Assembly: GCA_009914755.4 (NCBI GenBank) | Contig: CP086569.2 | Coordinates: 17,440,001 to 17,504,000 of the forward strand | From: the human T2T-CHM13v2.0 reference genome, Homo sapiens | DNA length: 64,000 nucleotides | Reading direction: 5' to 3' | Shown here: positions 10,991 to 26,362 of the stretch, one piece after another | Layout: the number at the start of each line of letters is the position of its first letter | Position numbering within the stretch: position 1 is the first letter of the stretch | Translations under genes and position numbers: made by a program | The notes under the pieces: generated by a model | The model's database searches: none | Seen by the model: the letters and a program-made list of their open reading frames with translations, nothing else | What the model was told of the DNA's origin: nothing

Positions 10991-13900
10991 AACACCTATC
11001 CTGTAATTAACTTCTTTAAAGGTTTCTCTGTTAGAATTTGTTAGTGTAAGTGTATGGAAGTGGGGGTGGTGGGAGAGAGAGAGACAGGTGTCTGCACTCA
11101 ATCTCTTTTTATTTTTTTGAAAAGTCAATGACTTTTTAGGGTCAGGAATCTGTTCCTCTTATACATCTTTGGCTATGTTCCTTTCCAACAGTTTATTCTC
11201 CTTTTTCAGGAATATTTATAATTTATAAGTCATTGCGAGTTTGGTTTTCCCTGCCTTTGTTGTTTTCAATTTGTTTTCTTGTTCATAGCATATATATTTT
11301 TTCCTTATGGTAATCCCTGCTTTTAATCTTCTAGAAAAATTTAGTTTACTGTGATGCCTATTTTCTTGTATTTGCATACCACTGTAGATACTTTTTTATT
11401 TAGGACATTGTATTTAAAAATTGCATTCCCCAAACACAACTTTGAAAAAATATTAATTATATCTTTAAGATTTGTGTACATTTTATTAATTCTGAATCAG
11501 TGGGAAGCTGACACTCTGAAGCTGATTTCCTTCTTTAAGCTAGAGCTCACTATTAAATAACTTTATTTCCCTTTACTTCATATGGCCAGTAGGTGCAGAC
11601 CTTATTCACTACATTCTTTATTAAAACTCTTGCTATTTTTTAGGATCTGCGCATTTTGCCCCAGAATCTATAAGCAACCTCAGTCATGAATTAGGTAAAA
11701 GACAGAGATCTTGGCTATATCTTTATTTCCTGAAAATGACTACTTTATTTTTAAAATCTATTTAACATGAATTCATCATGGATTGAACTATGAATACAAG
11801 GTGAAGGAAACATATTGAACTGTCAAGTTCAGTGTGAGTTTTCTAGTATTGTGGATACAGTTGAATATATACTTAAACAGGATAATGCATTTAATGGTTT
11901 CATATCTATTGAAGTATCTAATGTTTGTAACTTTGCTTCCTAAATCCATACACAGAACTTTGTAAATCAATCTTGAAACATGTGATTTTGAAATACAAAT
12001 AACTTTTTTCTAAAAATATATTTAAAAACTTATATCTACTATAATAAATTGTCATCACTCGTAAGTCTAATAGAAAAGCCACAATTTCCATCGAGAAATA
12101 TTAATCCCCATTGAGATTTCACTATTTGCAGAGGGAATCAACAGCTTTTATTGTGATTTCTATTTAAACTGAAGGACCCACACATTTAATATAAGATTGT
12201 CCTTTTTGGTGTTTGCAAAGAGGAGCTGATAAGGGCTCCCTTGCATGTGAAATACAGATGAATGCCTTTAATCCTCTATGCTCAGAAAATCAAATGCATT
12301 ACTACCAAGAATAGGCCAGAGACTCTGCATAGTTGCTACTTGAGAGATTAAATGAACAAATGCCAAAATAACTACTTTCAATAACATAGAGGTTGAAAAT
12401 ATTTACACATAGATGGAAGAAATAATGCACGATTCCAGAGTAAAGGATCAGAACTGATCATTGACATAAATACTTTGTCTTTTTCATATAAGTATTATAA
12501 AACTACTTAAACAGAGAAATCTCCACTGGAGAGACTTGAATGATAAAATGTTTTACTGTAGAGGGCCAAATGCTCTTGCAATATTTAACATTCCAAAAAG
12601 TTTGATGACTTGATCATTTCTAAGAATGCTCTAACAGTCACAGCTTCTGCCCTGAGTTTCAACAGAATATACCAGTGTTTGTAATAAGCTACTAAGTATC
12701 TCTGATGGAAGGATATTTACTCTTTCTCTTTTTGTATTGGATCAATAACCAGTGGATATTGTTTACAAAATATGGCCAGGCAAATTATTTGATAACTATT
12801 GGTAAGCTTATAATTCAGTCTTCAATGGGAAAGTAAAAATTATAGTTAATATTGCCCTAGTCTGAAATGTAAATATGCCATGTTTTCATTTGTAATTCAC
12901 ATCCAAAGAGAGTAATACAAACAGAATAAAACAACAATGACAAATCAACAAAACAGGACTGAGTGGGAATTTGGAAATGAGTACAGAATTCATGCTGTCC
13001 AAAAATTTAGGACTAAACACTGGTAGAGGTGGATCATCATTAACACAGAACAGTACCCCAGAATAAAATTGTAAAAGATGTACCCAAAAGAAGCCTTAAA
13101 ACTTTCTAGAAATGAAGAATAACATAGGTGCTAGAATCTTTCTAACCTTAAGTGTTTCCAGTACTTTATTAGAAATTATAGCACTTAGTCCAAAAATTAT
13201 TGTAGAAATCATCTTAGATTTCTAAATGTTTGTTAAAGAGCTGGGCATAAAATATGAACTCAATAAATGGAGATTTCAAATGAAATGTACATAGTTCATT
13301 CCTATTCAGCAATGGTTTGAATTAACCCACATATCAGAATTGCCTCATATTCTAAGAGGAAGAGAATTTGAGTAATAAAGTATGTGTCCCTTATTTCTTA
13401 ATATGACTATGATTTTACTGTATGTGTCTTGAGAAATTCATAAAACAATGAGATTATTTATGCTGAAAAGGGCAGATGCCCAGCAGATGCTCCAGCAGAA
13501 CTTTGACTCTCACCATTGTTAGAAGAGTAGTGAGCAAGGTGCCATTTTTCCGAATGATTTTTCTTTTGGGAACCACCAATATTAACTGAGAACACTTCTT
13601 GGAAATCATGTTCTGATACCCTATTTAGTGATGAATTTCTTATAGGTATTATACGTGTCGCATATGTGTGTGTGTGTGTGTTTTGAACTCAAAATATCTG
13701 AAACAGTTTTCAGTCATTTTAGAAAGTTTACTTTGCCAAGGTTATGGATATGTCTGTGACACAGTCTCAGGAGGTCTCAATGACATGAGCCCAAGATGGT
13801 CAGGACACAGCTTGGCTTTGTGCATTTTAGGAAGACATAAGACATCAATCAATACATGCAATATATACATTGGTTTAATCTGGAAGGTGGGATAACTAGA

Positions 13901-14259
13901 AGCAAGAATCTCCAGGTCATATACAGATTTAGAAATTTTCTGATTGGCAATTGGTTGAAAGAGCTATTATCAGTAGAAAGGAGTATCTGCGTTAGGATAA
14001 GGGGTTGTGGAGATTGAAGTTTTATCATTCATGAAGCCTCCAGGGGGCCAGCTTCAGAGAAAATAGATTATAAATGTTTCTTATCATACTTAAGTCTGTG
14101 TGGATGATAATGCTGGAGGGGTATCATGAGGCATGTCCAATCCCCTCTTCCATCATGGCCTGAACTAGTTTTTCATGTTAACTCTGGAATGCCCTTAGCC
14201 AAGAGGAGGAATCCATTCAGATGGTTGAAGAGGCCTTTAAATTTTAATTTTGCTCTATC

Positions 14260-14910
14260 ATATATATACATATACATACATATAAAAATATACATTTATA
14301 GATTATATATTTTAGTATATATACATACACATATAATTTTAATATTTATATATTTATAGAAGTTATATTTTATATAAAACATATCTATAGTCAATGTATA
14401 AATATATATTAAATGTAATATTTACACATAAAATATATACAAATATAAATGTCATATATTTATATATAGTAAAATATGTAAGAATATATATTTATATTGT
14501 ACTATATAAAGTAAAATATATATCTTTTATATGTTTATGTGATATAAGACATATATAGTAAATATATGTATTTTAAAATATATGATAAAATATATAGATA
14601 TATATTTAAAGCTGTTATATGTAAATATATTTTTACACAAAAATATAAATATACTTTATGTATATTTATATTGTTACATATGTTTATATATGTTATAAAT
14701 TATTTATATGTTTAATATATAATAACTATATATTGTTATGTTATATATAAAATATAACATAAATATAACATCTATCTATATATTTATGTTTTATTTATAT
14801 ATTTGAAATTACATATAACATATATAACTTCATATATAAAATATCAGTATAGACCATATATCAGTATATACAATACATAAATACATAGTCTCTATAATAT
14901 ATACATAGAA
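14260..14910. repeat. ~650-bp AT-rich low-complexity block of (TATATG/TATACA/TATAAA)-type degenerate repeats.
   Basis: Seen directly in the sequence. The region is nearly pure A/T with a periodic tatata[ct]a pattern. Confidence 0.85.
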
Positions 14911-15901
14911 ATGATGTTTTCAGTCTTAAAACTTATTTGATGGTTCCAAGGAAAATTGTAACTTCATATTTTCCACCTAAAAATTTTATATTGACATTTT
15001 AACTAAGACGAACTTCATTCATAGTAAACAGTGAAAAGGAGGGAAAAAAAGGGATTTGGTTCATAAAATTTATTATTAATCTATTCTAACATTTTTGGAG
15101 TTTCTAAACTATTTGGGAATTGCTCAAGTGCTATCATGTTTCTTTTCAGTATGTCAGTGATTATTAAGTCACTTCATTCTTTCCAGCTATAGGATATTGT
15201 GGGGGGATTGTCTTCAGTGGTATAAGGACTGTTATGTACAAAAAACTGACATGACTCTTGGTTGGATAGCATTTAATATAAATGTCGTGGCTGACATGTT
15301 GGTTTTGATAGTCATCAAAACTGGTGCACCTGATGCACCAGTTTATTCTCTGATCTTCTATTGCTTTGATAATCTTAATAAACAACAACAGAGCCACGTA
15401 AGTGCCTTAACTTTGCCTGGATATCATGTTTCATAGGAACGTCCTGGAAAATGTCCCCATGAGAATGATTTCCATTCTTTGTATTTTATGTGTATGGTGA
15501 TTATACCCCTGGGAACATTTCACGTGTCTACTTCCAATGGGAATGATGTGGGAGTACATTCCATTCCCACAGTTGTGTTTGCATGCTATCTTTTTTCTTC
15601 AAATTTTTCATTTATTCATGGATTTATCTTCAAGATTTAAGTCCAACTGCTTAAGTAAAGTGGACAACTTAAAAGCCTGGTGCAAATTTGTGAATAATCA
15701 TCATACTTCAGAGACTGACAATTTTTGTAAAGTAGGAGGCACTTTTAACTATACCTAGCTTTTAATCAGAATTCAACAGATACGTAATAGCTTTATAACT
15801 GATATTTTTATTTTTATATTGGAGGCATCAGATAAGTAGATAGGAAACGGTTTAACTCATCATAAAATCAACCCAGGCAGTCAATAAACATTTGAAAGTG
15901 A

Positions 15902-16410
<509 letters not shown>

Positions 16411-16523
16411 TTCTCTTCTACTTTTCCATTTCCAGGATTACAATGAAGTCTTCACTTAAAATTTTAAACAGTTTCCTGGAAACTGAGACTTTAAGCTAAA
16501 GGATGTATAAAGAAAACAATTCT

Positions 16524-16810
16524 GGCCGGCCATGGTGGCTCAAGCTGTAATCCCAGAACTTTGGAAGACCAAGCCCAGGAGTTTGAGAGACCAACCTGAG
16601 CAACAAAGTGAGACCTCATCTCTACAAAAAACATTTAAAAACTACATGGTATGGTGGTGCTTGCCTCTAATCCCAGCCAATTGGAATGCTGAGGTGGGAA
16701 GATAGCTTGAGCTCAGGAGGTAGAGGCTGCAGTCAGTGACCTGTGATTATACCATTGAACCACAGTCTGGGCAACAGAACAAGACCCTCTCCCCCTGACC
16801 CAAAAAAAAC
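16524..16810 (+). mobile_element. Alu (older, AluJ/S-like), plus orientation.
   Basis: Begins ggccggccatggtggctcaagctgtaatcccagaactttgg and ends gacccaaaaaaaac. Confidence 0.9.
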
Positions 16811-16906
16811 AGAAATCAATTTTTATCTTAGGGACAAGAGTTAAGTTCCTAAGGTGTATCTCTGCTCCCAGAAACATCACCGAAATTCTAAATAATATAC
16901 TATACA

Positions 16907-17205
16907 TTTTTTTTTTCTTTTAAGACAGAGTCTTTTTTGCTCTGTTGCCCAGGCTGGAGTGCAGTGGTGCAGTGATCTTAGCTCACTGCAACCTTTGCCT
17001 CCATGGTTCAAGCGGTTCTACTGCCTCAGCCTCCAAAGTAGCTAGAATTGCAGGCACCCACCACCATGCCTGGCTAATTTTTATATTTTAGTAGAGACAG
17101 AATTTCACCATATTGGCCAGGCTGGTCTTGAGCTCCTGGCCTCAGGTGATCTGCCCTTCCTCTTGGCCTCTCAAAGTGTGGGAATTACAGGCACCACACT
17201 TGGCT
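16907..17205 (-). mobile_element. Alu, minus orientation.
   Basis: Begins tttttttttcttttaagacagagtc..gctctgttgcccaggctggagtgcagtggtgc. Ends ..gggaattacaggcaccacacttggc. Confidence 0.9.
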
Positions 17206-17922
17206 AAGACCCTATACACTTCTAATAGTCAACATTGAAATACATGTGAGATCTACACATATTTAAGAAAGGTTAATAAAGCAAGATAATTCCTTACCCA
17301 ATGTTTGGTGAATCAGTGAGTGATGGTGGTCATAGTGGTGGTGGGTTAAATCCAGGAATAAATTTTTACCAAGTGAAAATTCTCAGGTGCTTCTTCCACC
17401 ACCATGCAGTTCAAAAGGAAATTATCACACATATGACAGCTCACCAACCACTTTGAACCACAGAGATTATTGCTGTAGACTTTACAAATTTTTATTTCAC
17501 AATAGTTTTTATCCATTTATTTATTTATTTTCCAAACTACTTATTCCAGTTCAGGTCTCAGATGGCTGGAAAATCTCCCAGCTGCTCAGTGCACTAAGAA
17601 GAAACCAGACATGGACAGAATGCCATTGCATCACACGGCACACTTACACATGCACACAAAACCACACTGGAATCATGTAGACATACTATTGAACCTAATG
17701 TGCACATATTTGGGATAAAAGAGGAAACCAGGACTCATGGAGGAAATTCACAAAGACATGGAGTGAATAGGCAAACCCCATAAAGATAGTATCCCTAACT
17801 GGAATTAACTTTTTTTAAACCCCTCTCATCGATGTTATAATGAAATGACATTGAAATTAAAGGTTATTTGAGGATCTGCTCTATAACCGACCAACATACT
17901 ATGACTGTTGTTTAAAGTTGTC

Positions 17923-18280
17923 TGATGTGGTTTGGCTCTGTCCCCACCCAAATCTCATCTTGAACTGTAGCTTCCATAATTCCCAGGTGTTTTGGGAGGA
18001 ACCCAGTGAGAGACAATTCAATCATGGGTTCAGACTCTCTCATGCTGTTTTCTTGGTAATGAATTAATCTCGAAAGAGCTGATGGTTTTATAAGGGATTT
18101 CCCCTTTCGCTTGGCTCTCATTCTTTCTTGTTGCTGCCATGTGACATGTCTCTTGACCCTCTGCAGTTATTGTGAGGCCTCCCCAGACATGTGGAACTGT
18201 GAGTTCATTAAGCCTCTTTCCTTTGTAAATTACCCAATCATGGTTATGTGTTTTTAGCTGTGTGAGAACAAGCAAATACC
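17923..18280 (+). mobile_element. THE1-like MaLR solitary LTR. Family named from memory of the consensus.
   Basis: Begins tgatgtggtttggctctgtccccacccaaatctcatcttgaactgtagc and ends gtgaggcctccccagacatgtggaactgtgagttcattaagcctctttcctttgtaaattacccaatc..gtgtgagaacaagcaaatac. It has a TG..CA LTR-like structure. Confidence 0.55.
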
Positions 18281-21120
18281 ATGTCTATGCAGGCAAATTG
18301 CCCAGACATTTTTGGAAATAAGAACTCAGAACAAAAGTCTAAAACTCCCATCAATAGCACAATGTTTCCATAATCTACAGCATGGGATGTGATATGGAAT
18401 ACTCACTTGTATTTTCAAGCTCTTCAATACTACACTAAAAACTATAACTAAAAACTGCTAGAAAGCAATCATTGTATCCCAGGACAATAAATTTTATTCT
18501 CTTGCTCAGAATAAATGTTGGCCACAGGTCATCTTCTGTCCTGTGTCTTGCCTTCCACAAGCTAACTCCCAGGCTGAGTGATGAATGCACATCTTTGACA
18601 TGGCCATGCTTCTAGGAGAGTAAAGGGTGAAAAGTAGGTGGAACTAGGGTAGTGGTTCCTAGAACATCTGCTTGGAAACTGAGTACAGTTTCCACTCATA
18701 TTTCAGTGACCACAACAAGTTGTAAGTAAGGTTGTGTCTGGCTTAATGGGACAGAAGTATCATTAGTGCATGGGAAGAGCCAGTTCCTTTAGGGACATTC
18801 CTGGTGATGATGGGTCAAGTTAGGTTTACAGTAATACCCTCTGCTGTACATTGCACAGGATGATAGGAGAACCAGTTAGAGGAAGAGGGAAAGGAGACAA
18901 AGAATAAGAGCTAAGGTTTCTCGAGTGTTCCTCATGGACTAGTAATCATTTTTCTTTCTTTCTACACATTCCTCTTGCTTACTGACTCTTGAAGTCCACT
19001 CACAGTAGGTGCCAAAGAGTTTAAACCCACCCAGTTTTAAATCAGAGCAACTCTACTTTGCACTAGGAGACATGTGTAAATCAATGGAAATGGCAAATTG
19101 TAAACATGTAGATGTGTAAAACAATTTGCCAAAAATGACAATCTTTTTTTAATCCTCAGTATAATTCTTTGCCCATGTCTGTTGATGTGTATTTCCAAGA
19201 AAGCTGATAAAACATCTCTAGATATTTTCAGTTAAAGAACGTAGAACAAAGGTACCATTTTTACATCTAATGAAGTGATATAAAGTATAAAGATTTAAAA
19301 TATACTGACATCAAAAAGGATGATATGTAATTCCATAACATCAGTTCATTAATATAATCTTTATAATCAAATAAAGAAACTGAGAATTCTGCTAACCTGC
19401 ACAGAAGCCTCCCCACAAATTCTCAAAGACACCACAAAATAGAAAGATGATAAAGAAAATAAACAAAAACATAGACTCGGATTAGCATAACCAGGGTAGA
19501 GAAAATTCAAGTTAAACTTTTAATCTGAAAGCAAAATTAAGAAATAGGACAGGTAGAGAAGAAAGTATCTCAGATATGGTAAGATTTTAGTTAGTTTCCT
19601 ATTATAGTCCCTTGTACAAAATTTAATTCCTTAAGAGATAATTTTGGCATAGGCTTACTATGTAAAAGTTTTTACCTGGAAAATAATTATTATTGATGAT
19701 TATGTATCTATACATATATTTTTTTCTTTATCTTACCTGTTTGTGTTTTTATGTACTTCAACATCTATCTACATTTTCTAAGATGAGAATTAAATGTTCC
19801 TTTGAAAAATGCTGGTTATCTCAATTTAACCAACATGTATGCATATTTATATCTGCTTTGAATTTTATGTTTTTTTAAACTAGGTCACATTAATAATCTA
19901 TTGTGTGTTGGTGTGTGTTTGTGCCTGAGTGCACATACATGTGCATGGGAATCAATGAGATGATGCATGTGAAAACATCTCATATTCCATAAACCCATAA
20001 ACCACCAAGTGTATGCATATATAAAGAATATGTGGCTGACATGTATAAAGTAATTCTCCCCTTTGAGTCACAAATAAGACCTGTGTCTATTAACCTTAGT
20101 CTCATTTTCTTTCTGTGTAACCATAAGAATGTCATTTTTAGCAAACCGTCTTGGGTTTACATGTGTTTAGCAATAATTACCCTTGGACATGATGTCCGGC
20201 ATGAATAATGAACATGTCTATGACATACAGGCACTCTCCTGGTGATGAAAAGCATTTGTTTTTCTTGAAAATACCTACCTCCCCCCACTTTCAATCACTT
20301 AGTAAATTATTGCTATCACTTCATGACTATTACATAAAAGATCAACACGGTGTGTATCAAATTCAATAATTATTTGATAAAGTGAGATATTAGCATATAA
20401 GATGCACTAATTTTCATAATTCAATTAAGCCTTACAATTTTCTGAAGATCCATTGTTAATTGTTTTAAATTGATTAATCAATGTGAACCTCTGAATCTCT
20501 AATTTTCAATTACAAGAAATATGCATTTGCCACAGTAACAGAGCCAATTTCAAAATATAGCATCTAATCCTATAATGGTTACATGCAATATCAAGTTTAA
20601 AATAAGTCAGCACCTAGAAGGAAAAGTATTTAAAAAACTACTTCATTAGCATTTTACTATGTAAGCCTAAAATGTTCCATAATTCTGGCAGAGTACCTAA
20701 TTCATATTTAATCCCATTTAAAACATTCAGTTGAATAAATTATATTTTAAGGGAGCTATTCATATTAAGTCTTAAAAGGATAAACAGCATTGGAAAATTC
20801 AGGCAAAGAACAACTACCCTATTTGGCGACAAGTCAATAATGTGTTCATGTATGCAACCAATATAGACTCAGTTGCTAGAAATAATGGAAACCATAAGAC
20901 TTCACTCCAGTAGCTTAATATGCTTGCAGGATTTATTATACTCTATTAACCAAAAACAAATTACACTATTGTATGTGAAGGTTCCATTATTTTAGAATTG
21001 AGAAGGCTCTCATTTAGATACATGAAAAGAATATTGATAGATGGAGGAAGGACATTGGTTCTCAGAATAAACCAAGAAAGAATTATGCAATTGTAGGCAA
21101 CAGCATAATTCTGACAGTGA

Positions 21121-21421
21121 GGCTGGGTGCCGGGGTGATGCCTGTAATCTCAGCACTTTGAGAGGCTGAGTCAAGATGATTGTTTGAGTCCAGGAGTTTG
21201 AGACCAGCCTCGGAAAATCAGTGGGACTCTGTTTCTGCAAACAATATATTTTTTTAAATTATGAAGTCATGGTGGCACCCACCTGTGGTCTCAGCTACTG
21301 TGAGGCTGCGGCGGGTACATTGCTTGAGCCCAGAAGGTCAAGGCTGAAGTAAGCTATGATCATGCCAATGGGCTCCAGCCTGGAAGATAGAGTAGAGATC
21401 CTGCCTCATACCCCAAAAAAC
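21121..21421 (+). mobile_element. Alu (AluJ-like, diverged), plus orientation, with a TSD taattctgaca[g/a]tg.
   Basis: Begins ggctgggtgccggggtgatgcctgtaatctcagcactttgagaggctgag and ends ctgcctcataccccaaaaaac. Direct repeats lie at 21107-21120 and 21423-21437. Confidence 0.9.
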
Positions 21422-21439
21422 AGTAATTCTGACAATGTT

Positions 21440-21530
21440 TGTTAAGTTAATGTTAATATGTTAAATATAATTAATGTTAATAATAATGTATTGATAGTTA
21501 ACAATTAATATGTTAATAATTCTGACAGTT
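21440..21530. repeat. (TTAAT/GTTAATA)-rich low-complexity stretch.
   Basis: Repeated gttaat, ttaatat and taataat units are seen directly. Confidence 0.5.
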
Positions 21531-22597
21531 TATTCCATAGTAACATCATAGCACAGAAACACCATAGCATATGAAAAACAGGGGATATTAGTCCTTCATT
21601 GAATTGTCTCTCCTTTATAAGCCAGAGAGTTCTCCTCTTTGGTGTTTAGTTTACTTTGCTCTTGCTGGGATTGAAATGAATTTCAAAATCTATTTTTTTC
21701 TCTAAAATCTTATGCTGCTATAATCACTTCCACAAAAATTATGCATGGATATATGAGTACATGAATAACAATACTAAATAAAAACATTGTATGGCATCCA
21801 CAACGAAAACTCCCACTTAACATCTTCCCTAATTCTATTTGTTTCTAACTTGCTTTGCAATTTTGTATCATCTTAACTTGATAGAGCAGAAAGCATGACA
21901 TAATTCCATTTTAAAGCAGTTCATGATAGAATAAAAATCACCAAAATGATTGCAATTAGGGTATACAATGATTTTTAATAAAGTCTTAAATTCCAAACAC
22001 ATACAGAGATTATTTTATTCAACTATAACCCTGAATTATAAATGGAACAACATTAGGATGCTAAACAGGAAGTCAGGAATCTTAGAGCCTCACCATTCCT
22101 GATTTGCATGAGTATGGGGAAGTGGAAAAATTAAGAATGGGAATTTTAGAAAAGGAGTCAGAGAAATGTGCAGCAAAAAATGGTACTTAAAAAGCAGAAA
22201 CACAGGGCCATTGTGCTTAGGAATGATAAACATGTTAATTGAGTTATGTCATTGACATTAGGAATTAATCAATCTAAGTCAATGAAATCAGTCTAAAATA
22301 ATCTTACGTTGAGCATACAAATTTAATGTTCATTTTATACAAAGTTAGCACTTATGCCCTATATCATAGAGTCATTCTCATCTTCATTTTTCCTGCACCT
22401 CTTTCTTTTGCCAACCAGCAAATCCTGTTGGCTTTGCAATTAATTTACATGTCAAAAATGATTCCCACCACCTTGAACTCATGCACTGTGTCTCTCTCAA
22501 TTTCACATCTCCCACAGCAATTAGGTGAGCTGGTCTTTTTCTAATTATGTCCAGTATGGACTGAATTGTGCACCTCCCCCCCCCGAAAATTTATATA

Positions 22598-22995
22598 TTG
22601 AAACTCTAACCCCCAATGTGACTGTATTTAAAAATGAGCCTTTAAAGAGGTAATTAAGGTTAAATGATGTCCTAAGCTTGGTGCTCCGATTCCACAGAAT
22701 GGTGACCTAATTAAAAAAAAAAAAGAAAAAAAGAGATCAAAGATACACCAGATTTCTCTCTCTCTCTTTCTCTGTTTCTCTCTTTCTCTCTCTCTCTCCT
22801 CTCTCATCCCTGTCTCTTCACATGCACAGAGATAAAATTATGTGAAGATATAGCGAAAAGGCAGTCATCTGCAAGGCAAAAACATGACCCTCACCAGAAA
22901 TGTACCCTGCTGGCACCTTGATCTTGGACTTCCAGCCTCCATATCTGTGAGCAAATAAATGTGGTGTATTTGCAACAAGCCTAGAGCAATGTAGC
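22598..22995 (+). mobile_element. MST/MLT-like MaLR solitary LTR with an internal (CT)n expansion at ~22750-22800.
   Basis: Begins aactctaacccccaatgtgactgtatttaaaaatgagcctttaaagaggtaattaaggttaaatgatgtcctaag. Ends ..ctgctggcaccttgatcttggacttccagcctccatatctgtgagcaaataaatg. Confidence 0.55.
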
Positions 22996-23489
22996 TAACA
23001 AAACATCTTTATCCGAGCCACTGTTTTCATAAAAGCCAGAATATTTTTGAAAAACATAAACTAAAACAGGTTGTTCATACATCTCTTGCTTTTATAATCA
23101 CATGTAGAATATAATCACGTGTAGACTATTCATATGAATGTTATTATCACATGTTGAATATCAGCTAAGTCTTGAATTTGGCCCCCAACATATTACAAAA
23201 GCTAACTTCCAATTGTTTATTCAACCTTAATTTATTTGAGTATTCTGTGCCCATGGCAAGCATACTGCTTTCACCAGAGTTCTTCAATTTTTGTCTCTGT
23301 TGCCTGGAATATTGAGTCTCTGAGGAGTTTCAGGAAAAGTTTGCTCACTTGATGACAGACATTCTGCAAAAACATATCTAGTGGACTTCTCTGAGATAGA
23401 GAGAAGTTCTTACTTTAGGTCACATGGTACTTCCTTTTATTGAATATCTTTCTAGTTTATTGTAATTTCTATCATATTACTTGCTATAG

Positions 23490-24262
23490 GCTGGATGTTT
23501 GTGCCTTCCCAACATTAGCATGTTGCAATTCTCACCTCCCAAGGTGACGGTGTTAGGAAGCAGAGCCTTTGAGAGGTAATGAGGTCATGAGGGTGAAGCC
23601 CTTATGAATGGGATTAGTGGCCTTACAAAAGAGGTCCCAGAAAGCTGCCTCACCCCTTCTACCATGTGAGGACATAGAGAGAAGGTACCATCTATGAACC
23701 AGACAGGCTTCTCTCACTTAGCAATATGCATGTCAGACTCATCCATTTCTTTGAACAGCTTCATATATGACCTTCTTCTGTTGCTGAATAATGTTCCGTT
23801 GCATGGATGTACCTCAGCTTGGTTATTCACTCACCTTTTGAAGGTGTGTCCTGATTCCTTAAAGTTTTTGGCCATTGGGATGAGAACGTAGAAACATAAT
23901 CACATGTTGGTTTTTGTTTACAAAGCAGTTGTCTATATACCTATGAGTGCAATTGTTGGCTTTTATGGAGACCATGGGTAGCTTTGGGAAAGACTGTCAA
24001 ATTGTTTCCTAAAGTTGCTATACCATTAGGCATTCAATCAGCAGTAAATGGGAGCTCTGGTTGCAATTTCTATTCCATTTAAAATAAACATTTTAGCCAT
24101 TTTAGGAGGTATGTAGTGTTATTATTAAGATACCTAGTGGATGTCTACAAACCAAGAAGCAGGTCCTTATCAAACACAGAATCTGCTACACCTTGATTAT
24201 GGACTTCTAGCCTACAGAACTGTGAGCAATAAATGACATTGTTTAAAATCCACACACTCTAT
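23490..24262 (+). mobile_element. MST/MLT-like MaLR LTR split in two (23490-23700 and 24170-24262) by a nested ~0.4-kb old L1 ORF2 fragment (23745-24135, plus orientation).
   Basis: Left half: ..ggtgttaggaagcagagcctttgagaggtaatgaggtcatgagggtgaagccc..ccatgtgaggacatagagagaaggtaccatctatgaaccag. Right half: ctgctacaccttgattatggacttctagcctacagaactgtgagcaataaatgacattgtttaaaa. Middle: ctgaataatgttccgttgcatggatgtacctcagcttggttattcactcacc..ccattttaggaggtatgtagtgtt resembles an old L1 ORF2 segment. Confidence 0.5.
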
Positions 24263-24754
24263 AGTTTTGTGTTAAAACAGCCTGACATAGCTAAGACTGT
24301 GATCATCACTGTTTTATTGCATTCAACATGTGGGTGTGTATTTATTCATTTTCCCTCTTTTTCTGCATTTAGGGTCAGGAGAAAGGATAGGAGACAAGAG
24401 GAGATGGAAAGCGGCACATTGCAAAGGCTCATATGTTTCTGGTCATGGCTTTGCAAAAAGCCTTGAAGCCAGATGATGAATGGGTCTCTAGATGCGTGGT
24501 GCCTAAAAACAGAAGAGAAGCACCGTATTTGTTTCCAATTGCAGCTACCACATATCATTAAATGTATGCTGTGCACCTCGAAGATGGGAAGGAAAAGAGA
24601 TTACCCCCAAAATCAGCAAGATGCAGATATTTATCCTCCATCTTGGAAGAAAGGCTTCCTGCTTCCCAACTCTTCCTCATTAAGAGGAAATGACTCAGCC
24701 TTCCTGACAGTGCTTCCCCAGTTATCTACTAAAGTTTCTATAGAGATGAAGTCC

Positions 24755-25197
<443 letters not shown>

Positions 25198-25239
25198 CTA
25201 CACAAGATGACGGAGAATTACCGTTTGGGGCAACTCACA

Positions 25240-25800
25240 TACTCTCTATAATAGCCGTCCCCAACTCCCCAGCGACAGATCAGTAGTGGTTCTTGGGCTG
25301 TTAGAAACTGGGCCAGAGAGTGGGTGAGCAATGGATCTTTATCTATATTTACAGCTGCTACTCATCACTTATATTACCACCTCAACTCTACCTTCTGTCA
25401 GATCAGTGATGGCATTAATTCTCATAGGAGTACAAAACATATTGTGGAATGCATATGCAAGGGATCTAGGTTGCATGCTCCTTATGAGAATCTAAGGCCT
25501 GATGATCTGTCACTGTCTCCCATCATTCCCAGATGGGACTACCTAGTTTCAGGAAAGCAAGCTCAGGGCTCCCATTTATTCTAGATGATGGTGAGTTGTA
25601 TAATTATTTCATTATATATTGCAATGTAATAATGATAAAAATAAAGTGCACAACACATGTAATGTACTTAAATCATTGTGAAACCATCCTCCCCCACTGC
25701 CTCAGTCCATAAAAAATTGTCTTTCAGAAAATTGGTCCCTGGTGCCAAACAAATTGGGCACCACTGCCCTATAAGACCATCAGCTCCGTAACAGTAGACA
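25240..25800 (+). repeat. Diverged copy of the same unnamed interspersed repeat family as 1-125, in opposite orientation.
   Basis: cagtagtggttcttgggctgttagaaactgggccagagagtgggtgagc..attctcataggagtacaaaacatattgtggaatgcatatgcaagggatctaggttgcatgctccttatgagaatctaaggcctgatgatctg..ggtccctggtgccaaacaaattgggcaccactg matches a remembered repeat consensus. I cannot name the family. Confidence 0.35.
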
Positions 25801-26084
25801 TATGTGTGAGTGCCTGAATGGGTGAACCACCTCCTACAAACATATAACACTAACTATGTGTTCCTTTATTTAATTCATCCCATATTAGTTTCCTACAACT
25901 GTTCTTAAAAATGACCACAAACTTAGTGTTAAAAGCAACATAAATTTATTAACCACACTTCTGAAGACCAGAAGTCAAAGTGGATTTTGCTGGACTGAAT
26001 CAAGGTGTGAGGTGATTGTGTTCCTTCTGAACACTCTATGGAAGAATCTAACTCCCCAAATTTCCAAGTTTCTATTTTTCTATT

Positions 26085-26362
26085 TTTTGTTTGTTTGTTT
26101 GTTTTTGAGACATGGTATTCTTCTGTCACCTGGGCTGGAGTGCAATGGCATGATCACAGCTTACACTGCAGCATCAAACTCCTGGGCTCAGCCACTCAAT
26201 TACTTGGGACTACAGGTGTGCTTGACCATTTTATTACTTTTTCATAGAGAAACAGTTTCACTATGTTGCCCAGGGTGGTCTCAAACTCCTGAGCTCAAGC
26301 AGTCTTCTCACCTTGGCCTCCCAAGGTGCTGGGATTACAAATGTAATCCTCTGTGCCTAGCC
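26085..26362 (-). mobile_element. Alu, minus orientation.
   Basis: Begins tttgtttgtttgtttttgagacatggtattcttctgtcacctgggctggagtgcaatggc. Ends ..ggattacaaatgtaatcctctgtgcctagcc. Confidence 0.9.
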
